Source: Convolutriloba macropyga
Lineage: Eukaryota
Length of the DNA: 64,000 bases
Reading direction: 5' to 3'
Assembly (NCBI RefSeq): GCF_964194025.1
Contig: NC_134482.1
Coordinates: 40,734,001 to 40,798,000, forward strand
Below the pieces are notes generated by a model, which was not told where the DNA came from, did not search any database, and worked only from the letters and a program-made list of their open reading frames with translations. Position numbers and translations under genes: made by a program. Numbering within the stretch: position 1 is the first letter of the stretch; each line of letters opens with the position of its first letter. Shown here piece by piece: positions 12,695-24,863 of the stretch.

Positions 12695-13399
12695 CTGATG
12701 TCAGAATTATGTCAGTGGGCCCCCACGGCCACTCACAATCAAATAATCTGAAAGCATTCTATTCAATAAGTTTATCACAACAATTAGTCTAGTAAAAAGA
12801 CTTAATTATTAGTAGTAAAAAACTTAGTTTAATTAGTATACAACAATTAGTAGTTGTAAAAGACTAATTCCTTTTAAAATAAGGTTTAAGAAAACACTCA
12901 TGTATGACTAATGTACGCCAAAATGTACACTAACACTTGATAAAATGTGAACACAAATAGTTCATATCACAATAAATTGATATTCTGGATTTCAGGTAAT
13001 TGACGAAGGAATTTTTCAGTGTTTTCATTTCCATTTCAAATAAAAAAATTTGAACCGGATGAGCTCGTTTGCAGCGCAACTTGCTCGGATGAACAATTCG
13101 TGCTCGGAGAGACCAGACCACCCACTATTCGGCCAGTATTGGTGAGGGGCTTTTCTCAATTTAGTTTGTATATCAACTAAGATAAACAGTTCTCAGTTTG
13201 ATACTAAAAAACTATTTTTGTGTTTTCGCTAATTCCGTCGCGGGGTTATTAGTTCCAGTCATCAAGTTCTAAAATACTGCCCACTTATTTCTACTGAGAT
13301 AACAATCACAAATGCCAAGTGCCGGCGTTTTTTTTCACAGTAAAATGGCTATGATAGCTTCAAAAATCTTCAGCCTCAAAATTCCAACGCAAAAAAGAG

Positions 13400-15390
13400 A
13401 ACACCTCTCATTATAGGTCATATTGAGTTGTGGATGTTGGAGTTTCGTATTAAGTAACTCCCAGTTGTCTTAACTTAAAAACTTATGATCGTGTTTCTGC
13501 ACAAATAACAAGATCAGAACAATTTCCACGTGCAGAGATTTTTTTCATCAAATATTTCACATGCAATCGGTTTTCTAATCCGTTGAAGTTGTTATGCTCA
13601 GGTATCTAGACATTCGATTTTTTAACCGTGTCGTTGGGTAGTAAAATTCCGTCTGCGCTCCTAGGATGTCGTTCGGGCGTTCTTCGAGTGTACATTCGGG
13701 TTAGAGCTATTCTTGTTGGTCCAATAGATTTAAAACGTAAAGCACATTGTTTAGCTACCGGAATATTGGAAGGGGTAGGATGTTTAAAAATCTTAAAGGA
13801 CTAACATATGACGCCACTTCGTAACCGGTTACCCACCTAAACGGCCTTGCTTTGAAGCGTTCAAGTATTTGGATGATGATCGTGTCGTTACCGCACATGA
13901 GAGCCGAAAAGCAAAAACAACTGTAAAAATAAGCCTTGTTGAGGACGGTTTACTGATTGTTCTTACATGGCACGCGTTTTCCTGAGCATGTAGGACATCT
14001 TGCTTTCTGTAGTCTCTATTGAATGTGATTTTCCCATGATGCGTCCCAAGTTATTTGATTTCCTGGTTCCTTTAGTCTCATTTTTAGAGCACTGATTCCA
14101 TTAAGATTAAATTGTGATTCCCTCGGAAAGCTAGTTTTGAAAATATGATCTTTTTGTCAAGTACTAGAGGACTCCTGGAATACCTTTACAAAGATGCAGA
14201 AGTGAAGTGGTTAAAGCAAAAAACCTTGTGAGGCTCAACTCGTGACATTTTGGAACGTTTTGAAACTGAAAATTTCAACAAGCACAGTTCCTTTTTGATT
14301 TCTCAAATAGTCTATAAACAGCTCGATCATACCTCCTACCACTCTTAAATTAGCTACTTTTTGGAATAGTTTGATTGAAGGACTTTATCAAAAGCCTTCG
14401 AGAAGTCGGTATAAAAGACATTGACTTCTGAATGCGGGTCTTAATCGAGAGCTTCATGCATGGTTTGGGGAAAAACTAGCATGTTGTGTTCGACAGATCC
14501 GCTCATCACAAAAAGTACTGACACTGAGTAAGATAAAAGCTGGAATATTTCTAGAAAATTTTTGAAACAATGTGCTTCCGATATCTGATGAAGACATTCG
14601 TCTGTAGTATTCGACATTTTGTCGATTGTTTTTTCTGTTTTATGGTGATTTTGCTTAAATTTTCATTTCATTAAATATTTCACGCGCTTGCTCTACGTTC
14701 TTAAAACGTTTTTTGAAAGACAAACAAATATATCTTGAAGTAGATTGAAAGAAAGCTGGAGGTATGGCACGTAGTCTACCAATATCCAGAGTGAACATTA
14801 TCTCACGAAGCTTTTGTTTCGAGACGCTGGTATTAGTCAATTTGTCTTTTTCAACCCTGAACGCCTAATTATTTTACTTAATTAACCTTTCGGACTGAAA
14901 ACTGAGTGAAAAATTCATTGAGCCCAATGACTTTTGCCGGCAGCTCCGACATTTTATTTCTGATGTCTTTTTGATGTATGGGATAAACTTTGAGCTTTCT
15001 TAAGGCTTTTGAGTTGTATGACGAATGCATTAGAGTTAGAGTATAGAGTTAGATAGTGTAATAATATTGTACTAGATTATTGCTTTCCAAATAAAAATAT
15101 AGCGTTGAGAAAAACAAAAACCAGGTGGCTAGAAAATTTTTGTTCTCTAAGAGTGCACAACTCCCGTCTCAACATAGTGAAAAGTTACATCGTAGGCAAA
15201 CAAGAAACGGTAATAACTGCGATCTTCACGTCCAGACCCCTCAAAGTCCATTGCTGAGTCAATTTTTCTGTAGGGACACCTAGTAAAACTCTTTGTTTGC
15301 TCTCTTTAGTCTTTTTTCAAAGTGCAATGATAGGTCTCAAGTTCTGTGAACTCGTATGTTTTTTATTCCCTCACTTCTTTGGAGCAATGT
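13400..15390 (-). mobile_element. Decayed CR1-type ORF2 (linker, RT, C-terminus); source-type sequence for the downstream arrays
   Basis: NEFFHSVFSPK-like linker (~14890-14925), FYTDFSKAFD-like (~14385-14420), C-terminal NLCTWKLF*SCYLCR (~13495-13545). Confidence 0.75.
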
Positions 15391-15995
15391 TCTGCTCATC
15401 ACAAAACAGCACTGACACTGAGTGAGATAAAATTTGGAATATTTGTAGAATATTTCGTCAAAGGATATTTGAAACAATCTGCTTCCGATATCTGATAAAG
15501 ACTGTGGTCTGTAATATTCGACATTTTGTCGATTGCTTTTTTGTATTATGGTAATATTGCATCAGTTGTCATTTCATCCAATATTTCACGCGTTTGCACT
15601 ACGTTTTCAAAATGTTTGTTGAAAGACAAACATGTATCTAGAAATAGATTTATAGAAAGCTGGAGGAATAGCAATTGGTCCACCAGATCTTGTAATATCC
15701 AGCTTGAAAATTATTTCGTGAATCTTTTGTTTCAAGTCGCTGATATTAATCAATTTGTGTTTTTGAATCCTGACAGCCAAATTATATTACTAAAATAACC
15801 TTTCGGACTTAAAACTGAGTGAAAAAATGATCGAGCACAAGAACTTTTGCCGGCAGCTCCAACATTTGATTTCTGATGGTTTTTTGATGTATGTGATAAA
15901 CTTTGAGCATTCTTAAGGCTTTTGAGTTGCATGACGAATGCATTCGATTTGGAGTATAGAGTTAGATAGTGTTTCAAAATTGTACTAGATTATTG

Positions 15996-16411
15996 ATTGG
16001 CATAAAGTTGATATTGACTGGCATAAATATCTCTCACTATCAGATATTGGAAACACAAGATCGCAGACAACTCGAAATTTCCAGTGCCTCAATTTTCGTT
16101 TAAAAAAATGCAAGTTCAATTTTAGGACGCCAGCCCGTAATCTTGCCTGTACATTTAACAATCTTTTCAAAAGCAAAATTTTGTTTATAAAGAAGACTGC
16201 AAAAAAATTTTTGGTTCTTTACTTTCTGTACTTTTACAATAAATATGACGAGAATACCTCATGTACATGGAGAATTGTTTGCTGATGTACCAAATGCAAA
16301 GAAGTGAAAAAACTCAATTTTTCCTAAACTACGAGCTTAGAACGCCTAGAACTGAGGGTCCCGTGACCCATGATATTTTGCTCTTAAGTCTTTCTTATTA
16401 TTATTTTTGTT

Positions 16412-16463
<52 letters not shown>

Positions 16464-16481
16464 TTATTATTATTATTACTT
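15996..16481 (+). mobile_element. 5'-truncated LINE 3' end with (TAT)n tail, nested in the array unit; TSD TTATTG
   Basis: Plus frame DIDWHKY...YDENTSCTWRIVC*CTKCKEVKK*; TTATTG at 15990-15995 and 16482-16487; empty sites at 15077 and 26449. Further copies at ~17400, ~18810, ~27365 and ~28370. Confidence 0.8.
16395..16478. repeat. (TAT)n microsatellite (LINE tail)
   Basis: Direct reading. Confidence 0.97.
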
Positions 16482-17799
16482 TTATTGCTCTCTTCATAAA
16501 AACATAGCCTTGACACACTCAGCAACCAGTTGGCCAGAAAAAATTTGTTCCTTAAAGGTGCACGAATCCGGTCTGAACTTAGTGAAACGTTACATCGTAG
16601 GCAAACAAGAAACGGTAATAACTGCGATCTGCACGTCCAGACCCCTCAAAGTCCATAGCTGAGTCAATTTTTCTGTAGGGACACCTAGTAAAACTCTTTG
16701 TTTGCTCTCTTTAGTTTTTTTTCAAAGTGCAATGATAGGTCTCAAGTTCTGTGAACTCGTATGTTTTTTATTCCCTCACTTCTTTGGAGCAATGTTCTGC
16801 TGATCACAAAACAGCACTGACACTGAGTGAGATAAAATTTGGAATATTTGTAGAATATTTCGTCAAAGGATATTTGAAACAATCTGCTTCCGATATCTGA
16901 TAAAGACTGTGGTCTGTAATATTCGACATTTTGTCGATTGCTTTTTTGTATTATGGTAATATTGCATCAGCTGTCATTTCATCCAATATTTCACGCGTTT
17001 GCACTACGTTTTCAAAATGTTTGTTGAAAGACAAACATGTATCTAGAAATAGATTTATAGAAAGCTGGAGGAATAGCAATTGGTCCACCAGATCTTGTAA
17101 TATCCAGCTTGAAAATTATTTCGTGAATCTTTTGTTTCAAGTCGCTGATATTAATCAATTTGTGTTTTTGAATCCTGACAGCCAAATTATATTACTAAAA
17201 TAACCTTTCGGACTTAAAACTGAGTGAAAAAATGATCGAGCACAAGAACTTTTGCCGGCAGCTCAAACATTTGATTTCTGATGGTTTTTTGATGTATGTG
17301 ATAAACTTTGAGCATTCTTAAGGCTTTTGAGTTGCATGACGAATGCATTCGATTTAGAGTATATAGTTAGATAGTGTTTCAAAATTGTACTAGATTATTG
17401 ATTGGCATAAAGTTGATATTGACTGGCATAAATATCTCTCACTATCAGATATTGGAAACACAAGATCGCAGACAACTCGAAATTTCCAGTGCCTCAATTT
17501 TCGTTTAAAAAAATGCAAGTTCAATTTTAGGACGCCAGCCCGTAATCTTGCCTGTACATTTAACAATCTTTTCAAAAGCAAAATTTTGTTTATAAAGAAG
17601 ACTGCAAAAAAATTTTTGGTTCTTTACTTTCTGTACTTTTACAATAAATATGACGAGAATACCTCATGTACATGGAGAATTGTTTGCTGATGTACCAAAT
17701 GCAAAGAAGTGAAAAAACTCAATTTTTCCTAAACTACGAGCTTAGAACTCCTAGAACTGAGGGTCCCGTGACCCATGATATTTTGCTCTTAAGTCTTTC

Positions 17800-17816
17800 T
17801 TATTATTATTTTTGTT

Positions 17817-17886
<70 letters not shown>
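17800..17886. repeat. (TAT)n microsatellite (LINE tail)
   Basis: Direct reading. Confidence 0.97.
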
Positions 17887-17887
<1 letters not shown>

Positions 17888-19210
17888 TTTTATTGCTCTC
17901 TCCATAAAAACATAGCCTTGACACACTCAGCAACCAGTTGGCCAGAAAAAATTTGTTCCTTAAAGGTGCACGAATCCCGTCTGAACTTAGTGAAACGTTA
18001 TATCGTAGGCAAACAAGAAACGGTAATAACTGCGATCTGCACGTCCAGACCCCTCAAAGTCCATAGCTGAGTCAATTTTTCTGTAGGGACACCTAGTAAA
18101 ACTCTTTGTTTGCTCTCTTTAGTTTTTTTTCAAAGTGCAATGATAGGTCTCAAGTTCTGTGAACTCGTATGTTTTTTATTCCCTCACTTCTTTGGAGCAA
18201 TGTTCTGCTGATCACAAAACAGCACTGACACTGAGTATGATAAAATTTGGAATATTTGTAGAATATTTCGTCAAAGGATATTTGAAACAATCTGCTTCCG
18301 ATATCTGATAAAGACTGTGGTCTGTAATATTCGACATTTTGTCGATTGTTTTTTTGTATTATGGTGATATTGCATCAGTTGTCATTTCATCCAATATTTC
18401 ACGCGTTTGCACTACGTTTTCAAAATGTTTGTTGAAAGACAAACATGTATCTAGAAAAAGATTTATAGAAAGCTGGAGGAATAGCACTTGGTCCACCAGA
18501 TCTTGTAATATCCAGCGTGAAAATTATTTCGTGAATCTTTTGTTTCAAGTCGCTGATATTAGTCAATTTGTGTTTTTGAATCCTGAGCGCCTAATTATAT
18601 TACTAAAATAACCTTTCGGACTTAAAACTGAGTGAAAAATTGATCGAGCAGAAGGACTTTTGCCGGTAGCTCCAACATTTGATTTCTGATGGTTTTTTGA
18701 TGTATGTGATAAATTTTGAGCATTCTTAAGGCTTTTGAGTTGCATGACGAATGCATTCGATTTAGAGTATATAGTTAGATAGTGTTTCAAAATTGTACTA
18801 GATTATTGATTGGCATAAAGTTGATATTGACTGGCATAAATATCTCTCACTATCAGATATTGGAAACACAAGATCGCAGACAACTCGAAATTTCCAGTGC
18901 CTCAATTTTCGTTTAAAAAAATGCAAGTTCAATTTTAGGACGCCAGCCCGTAATCTTGCCTGTACATTTAACAATCTTTTCAAAAGCAAAATTTTGTTTA
19001 TAAAGAAGACTGCAAAAAAAATTTTTGGTTCTTTACTTTCTGTACTTTTACAATAAATATGACTAGAATACCTCATGTACATGGAGAATTGTTTGCTGAT
19101 GTACCAAATGCAAAGAAGTGAAAAAACTCAATTTTTGCTAAACTACGAGCTTAGAACTCCTAGAACTGAGGGTCCCGTGACCCATAATATTTTGCTCTTA
19201 AGTCTTTCTT

Positions 19211-19497
19211 NNNNNNNNNNNNNNNNNNNNNNNNNNNNNNNNNNNNNNNNNNNNNNNNNNNNNNNNNNNNNNNNNNNNNNNNNNNNNNNNNNNNNNNNNN
19301 NNNNNNNNNNNNNNNNNNNNNNNNNNNNNNNNNNNNNNNNNNNNNNNNNNNNNNNNNNNNNNNNNNNNNNNNNNNNNNNNNNNNNNNNNNNNNNNNNNNN
19401 NNNNNNNNNNNNNNNNNNNNNNNNNNNNNNNNNNNNNNNNNNNNNNNNNNNNNNNNNNNNNNNNNNNNNNNNNNNNNNNNNNNNNNNNNNNNNNNNN
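19211..19497. other. Assembly gap (others at 44157-44355, 56844-57016, 61957-62176)
   Basis: Runs of N. Confidence 0.99.
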
Positions 19498-19955
19498 AAA
19501 AACATAGCCTTGACAAACTCAGCAACCAGTTGGCCAGAAAAAATTTGTTCCTTAAAGGTGCACGAATCCCGTCTGAACTTAGTGGACTGATACATCGTAG
19601 GCCGACAAGAAACTGTAGAAAATGCAACCTTCACGTCCAGCCCTCTCAAAGTCCATAGCAGGTTTAGTTTTTCTACAGGGACACATAGTAAAACACTTTG
19701 TTCGCTCTCTTTAGTCTTTTTTCTATTCTATGTGCAATGTTCAGTTTCAAGTTATGTGAACTCGTAAATCTGTTATTCCCTCACATCTTTGGAGCATTGG
19801 TTCCATCAAGATGAAAAAAAGATCTTCTCGGAAAATTAATTTTGCACATTTGTCCATCAGCAGTTCAGTCTTGATCCATTGGACCCAAGTTCTAATGGCA
19901 ACTAAGCCATTTTGTGTCTCGTGGAAACTTCCATTGAGAGTTAGAATTTATAGCT

Positions 19956-20565
19956 TGTTGGGTTATGGACTTTCGCAAGCGGAATAAAAAGCGTTTTTAA
20001 CTAAGTAAAAGAATTAATTTCTCAAAAATTGAGAGAATAACAAATTGATATTTTACAGTAGAATTTAGAGATTTACAGGAGAGATCTGATTATTAGATCA
20101 AGATGGTGATTTGAACTTGGGGATGAAAAAGGACTCAAAAATCAGCTGTACATATACCCATTATCAGTGTGAAAAAATCAAGAAACAAAACTAATCTTAG
20201 CACCGTGATTTATAGTGGGGGTCGCAAGGGTTACCCAATATGGTTTGCTTCTGCAAATCAGTCGCAAAGGGAACCATAAATGGAAAGCATTTGCACTTTT
20301 CTAAGAATTTATTCACACTTCCGGAGATATCATCATCATTTAATACATGCTAGGAAGATTTTAGATCACTTATTCTAACTCTAATAATAGTTATCTAGGT
20401 TCCCCAATTTGAACCGAATATTGATTCTCAGCACCATTTCTTGACGATTCATTTATATAATTTCTTTGATCGAAATCATATTGCTTGTCTTTCTAATCTG
20501 GTGAGTCAAACTTTCTTTCTAATTCTCACTAAGTTTAAGACTATAGTTTAATCGATATTCTAACA
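19956..20565 (-). repeat. 3' LTR (610 bp)
   Basis: Colinear with the 5' LTR; about 20 substitutions by manual count and no indels seen. Confidence 0.97.
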
Positions 20566-20574
20566 CTCCCACTC
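20566..20574 (-). promoter_or_regulatory. Polypurine tract GAGTGGGAG overlapping the pol stop codon
   Basis: Immediately abuts the 3' LTR. Confidence 0.85.
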
Positions 20575-22066
20575 AGACTTGAGCTGATTGCGTAGAGTCC
20601 GCTCCCATCAAAACTGCTCTGAATGATTCCATTTTCGAAACGGGTAAGGACTTTGTGAAGATGTCCGCTGCCATTTTGTCTGTAGGGACGTAATGAATTG
20701 AAATAGTCCCATCCTCAGTCTTGTCACGAATGAAGTGAAACTTTGTTTCGATGTGCTTGCTCCTTTTGTGCATGACTGGGTTTTGGCAGAGTCTGATACA
20801 ACTTTGGTTGTCCTCTCCAATTGCTATTGGACGTTTCTGTTGGATGCCAAAATCCTCTAGAAGTTGTTTCAGGTAGAGTGCTTCCTGAACTGCTGCTGCA
20901 ACGCCCTGATATTCTGCTTCTGATGAAGAAAGAGCAACTGTGGCCTGCTTCTTGACACCCCAGCTGAGTGCTGCGCCACGTCCGTTGAACTTGAAGTAAT
21001 AGCCCGTTGTTAATTTTCTGTCGTTCACGTCTCCAGACCAGTCTGCATCACTTTCCCCCACTAAATCATAACTAGCCTCTTTTGTGTAAGTAAGTTTTAA
21101 AACTTTTGAACCTTGAAGATATCGCAGAAGTCGTTTTCCGCACATCCAGTGTTGATTGGTAGGTGGATTCATGTGTCTGGACAGAATGTTGACTGTGAAC
21201 ATGATGTCTGGCCTCGTCTGTTTGGTCAGATACAGAAGTGATCCAACCAAGCTTCTGTAGATCCTCTGGTCCACTTCTTCGTCTCCGTTCTGTGCTGTCT
21301 GAAGTTTCAAATTCAAATCAGCTGGAGTTCTTGAGGGTTTGCATTGATCCATTTGAAACCACTCAAGCATTGTTTCTATGTAGCGTTCTTGGTCGACTGT
21401 GACTTTGCCCTCTTCTCGTCTGATTCTTAGACCCAGAAACCAGTGTAGTCTCCCTCTGTCTTCCATGTGAAAGGTTGGTTCTAGTGCCTTCTTGACATCA
21501 GAGACCACTGTCATACTTCTTGATGCTACTATGATGTCGTCAACACAGACCAAGATGAAGGTGTGATCCTCTGCCTCTGATCTTGCGAACAAGCAGTGAT
21601 CGTTCCTGCTTCTGGTGAACCCCTGTCTCAGTAGGAAGTTTGCCAGCTCTTTGTACCAGTTGTTAGCAGCCTGTTTCAAACCATAAACTGATTTATTTAG
21701 TCGACATGCTAACTTCTCCCCATCTGATCCGCGTTTTACAAACTCCTGTTGCTGTTCCAGATACACTTCTTCCTCGATTGGTGAGTGCAGGAAAGCAGTC
21801 TTGACATCAAATTGGTGCATCACATGGCCCTGCTTCGCTGATAGCTGAAGTAGAATCCTGAATGTCTCTGGCTTACAGGTAGGCGCAAAAGTCTCAAAGT
21901 AGTCCAGTCCTTCCACTTGTTTAAAGCCTTTCGCCACGTAGCGCGCTTTGTATTTGTCCACTTGACTACTGGGTCCCAATTTAACTTTGTAGACCCATTT
22001 GCCCGGTATGACGTCCCTGTCTGTGGGTGGTCTCACTAGGTTCCAAGTCTCGTTGTCTTGGAGTGC
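20573..22066 (-). pseudogene. pol: copia reverse transcriptase + RNase H (open 487-codon frame)
   Basis: KARYVAKGF, QFDVKTAFL, YGLKQA, LVCVDDII (Y to C in YVDD), SDADW, SSEAEY, EDNQ, RSKHI, ADIFTK. Confidence 0.97.
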
Positions 22067-23400
22067 CTAGACCTCGTCCTTCATTGCCCGGTGCCACTGG
22101 TCCCAATCGTTACCTCGCTTGGCTTCGTAGACTGTTTTGGGTTCCACATAGTCGCCCTCAGTCACAGCAAGATGGGTCCTGACTTCTCCAAAAAATTGCG
22201 GAACATTCCTTGCTCGTGTCCCTCGTCTGGGCTCTGCTCTGTCCGCGTGTTCCAGTGCATCTTCATTGAAGCCAACTGTATTTAACTGTGAGAAGTCTTC
22301 TGTGTCACTGTCTTCCAGTGACTCTGAGTCTCTGTAACTCCCTCTTGTTGCAGTAGATCCTTCATCTAGTGCTGTTTCTCCAACATCTGAGGCCTCTGGT
22401 CTCAGTGTTGTTTCTTGAGTATTCACGCTCCCTGCATCATGCCACTCCTCCTTTATTGCAGTAGATGTGTCCTGTCGTTCTCTGTTGTCATCATCTTGAT
22501 GACCATCATCTGGGTGCCAGATTCCCAGTTCCGACCCATCATCTAGTAGGTCAGCCGTTTCTTTGTTGTCAGGGATTGAGCCCACTTCAGACTCCTTGAT
22601 GATCAAATCTCGAACTGCCATCACCTTGCGTGTGTTGGGTATGTACACCAGGCATCCATTTTCTCCTTCAGTGTAACCCACAAACTTTCCTTCCAGTGCC
22701 TTGGGTTCAAGTTTGCTGACGTCTCTGTCCCTCTTCCTCATGAAGACTGTCCAGCCAAAAATAGATAATTTACTAATGGAAGCTTAGGTTTTATACCTCT
22801 CATCAGCTCTGCTGGGCATTTTTCTTCTCCTCGTCTCACAACCAAATTTCTGATCCTTGCTGCGTGAAGAATTGCTGCTCCCCACATCATCTTGGGAAGT
22901 CCTGAGTCAATGAGCAAACATCTTGCCATCTCCAGCAGTGTCCTGTTGCACCTCTCAGCTAACCCATTCTGTTGTGGCGTCTCTGGTATGGTCTTTTCTT
23001 GTAGAATGCCTGCATCTAAGCAGTACTTCTTGAACTGCTCTGAGAGAAACTCCTTCGCATTGTCTTGCCTCAGCTTCTTGGGCGCCCCCACACTGAGAAC
23101 AAATTTCTTCAAGCTGGCCAGTGCTTCACTCTTTGCCTTAAGCAAGTCCTTAAACACAAACTTCGTGTACTGGTCTGCAAACACTATGCAGAACCGGAAC
23201 CCTGACAGTGACTCTACTCTGAAAGGTCCCATCATGTCTGTGAACACCCTCTCCAGCTTCTCTTCTGCTTGGGTCGCTGCCACTCTTGGTACTGGAGTCT
23301 TTGTGATCTTGGCCAATGCACACACATTGCATACATCATCGAGTTCCCCCACTGTCTCTGGTGCATTCCAGACCACATCCGCTTGATTCAAATGACCCAA
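22067..23400 (-). pseudogene. pol: copia integrase (HHCC, DD35E core, C-terminal KLEPKA..GKFVGY)
   Basis: GHLN..CNVC; VFTDMMGP; LRQDNAKEF; TPQQNGLAERCNRTL; frameshift near 22770. Confidence 0.95.
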
Positions 23401-23889
23401 TCATCTGTGCCACTTCCTTGCACTGTCAAGTTTCACGCTGTTGGAACTCATCTTGAATTCTAGAACGCTGCAGGGTAAGTAAAACAAATTATTTTCTTGT
23501 GTTAGTTTTACCCGAGTTCCCTTCTGGAGTTTCATGCAGCTGTTTCCTCTCTCGAAAGTGAAGCTATGTCCCCACTCCGTGCATCTTGAGACTGATAGGA
23601 GGTTTGAAGAATAGTCCAGCACACACCGAACATTTTTGAGTTCGCATTGGAATTCCCTTTTGTTTGAGGGTATGCTGATCCTCACACAGCCTCTGCCCAC
23701 CACTCTGGAAGCCTCTCCGTTGGGATTTCTGACCACTGATTGAATGGGCACAAGGTCCAGGAACGCATCGATGTTCGTCACTATGTGATCTGTACAACCA
23801 CTGTCCACTAGCATGCCTGCTGTCTTCCACTGGGCAAGAGCTGCCCAGCATTCTTCGTCTGGTGTAGCCAATGTTGGACCCATTGCCAC
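23401..23889 (-). pseudogene. pol: copia aspartic protease region
   Basis: LVDSGCTDH, NLLSVS; ends WHR* at a premature TGA within the pre-integrase motif. Confidence 0.93.
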
Positions 23890-24806
23890 TGACTCATGTT
23901 TGCCTCCATCTCTCTGTCTCTTGCATGCCCTGTCTAGGTGACCCTTCTCACCACACTTGCTGCATTGTGCTGTCTCCTTCTTCCTGCAGTCCTTGGCAAA
24001 GTGTTAAGGGATCCCACAAACAAAGCAGTTTCCTTTCTTGGGTCCCTTCTTGAAGTCACGCTTCACTGCCAGTGCCACTGAACCACTTTGTCCCTTGTGT
24101 CTCTGCAACGTGCTCTCATAAAAGTTCTGCAGCCTTTTCCTCAACTCTGTGAAGTTCGTTGCCGGGTTGAAGCTTTCCTGTATAACAAAACTTTCATACC
24201 TCATTGGCAGAACATTGAGGACCAAGGCGTTGAAGAGGGTCTCTGAGACTGCTTCCCCTGCTTCTTGTAGCCTTATGAGCAACTCCTGTCCTCTGATGAA
24301 GAAGCTGTCCAAATCCTCAGAATCCTCGAGCTGCAGTCGAGCAAGCTGTGCCACTAAAGTCACCACTGTCGGCGTCTCCACACTCTGAAATCTCTCTTGC
24401 AAAAGTTTCCAAGCCTTTGCTCCATCTCCAATGCCATCATCGCCCACACAGGCATGTCTCATCAGCATGAGGGTTGTTGCATCTAGAGTCAGTGCCAAAT
24501 GGCACCACACATTGTTCCGTTTGTCCTTGATGTCTGCAACTTCCTTCTCATATGCATCCTTCAGCACCTTGTGGTTCTTCTTCTCATTATTCGTTGCCCC
24601 ATTGGCCAGTGGCGCAGGCCAGTGGACCAGAGTTCCTTCGTCTGCATCATCGCCACAAATCTTGTGCTCCAGATTGGAAAGTCCTGTGCCTTTCCTGTGT
24701 AGGTCAGCAGCTTCACTGTCTGTTGATCCATTGAACTTTGAGCAGGCAAAACAGTTGTGAAAAGAAAAGGTACTAAGCAGAAAAGGATTATGACTGTCAA
24801 CAACAA
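23890..24806 (-). pseudogene. gag: copia Gag with two CCHC zinc knuckles
   Basis: YTGKAQDFPIWSTRF; AKAWKLLQERF; LPMRYESFV; CFVCGIP*HFAKDC and CSKCGEKGHLDRAC. Frameshift near 24600 and stop at 24004. Confidence 0.92.
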
Positions 24807-24847
24807 ATTGGTTTTGTTTTGGAAATCAATTTTATGACTTAGAAAAT

Positions 24848-24863
24848 TGCTGGGCCCATAACC
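24848..24863 (-). promoter_or_regulatory. Primer-binding site GGTTATGGGCCCAGCA, complementary to the anticodon-arm region of initiator tRNA-Met
   Basis: + strand tgctgggcccataacc equals the internal tRNAi-Met sequence UGCUGGGCCCAUAACC; same PBS type as Drosophila copia. Confidence 0.93.

Larger units (their letters stand above)
8030..12740 (-). mobile_element. Near full-length CR1/L2-type LINE with apparent three-ORF layout (ORF0 - 39-bp monomers - ORF1 - ORF2 - ATT/ACT tail)
   Basis: All components on the minus strand and collinear; trinucleotide tail at 8030-8055; no TSD resolved. Confidence 0.85.
15391..19950. repeat. Tandem array of ~1405-1408-bp units (three visible) built from LINE fragments
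   Basis: Near-identical spurious ORFs recur at 15526/16931/18339 and 15985/17390/18798; units nearly identical; third unit contains a gap. Confidence 0.95.

Noticed and set aside
1717-12791. Shared 33-bp motif (1717-1749 and 12759-12791) beside two LINE 5' ends as a target site
   Set aside because: It belongs to an old LINE 3'-end family (CTWRL context) also present inverted at ~31.4, 33.8 and 36.0 kb, and the distances to the two LINE ends differ.
17751-17933. Poly-Asn protein
   Set aside because: Translation of the (TAT)n LINE tail.
15526-19082. Repeated 60-95-aa ORFs as a tandem small-protein family
   Set aside because: They are antisense or off-frame readings of LINE debris, mostly with non-ATG starts, repeated only because the DNA is repeated.
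19075-19649. Long ORFs spanning N runs (also near 44.0-44.4, 56.6-57.1 and 61.9-62.2 kb)
   Set aside because: Artefacts of translating assembly gaps.
24004-24006. Programmed readthrough stop between gag and pol
   Set aside because: The TAA replaces the conserved Gly inside the first zinc knuckle, and other stops and frameshifts exist (23401, ~22770, 22067); this is decay.
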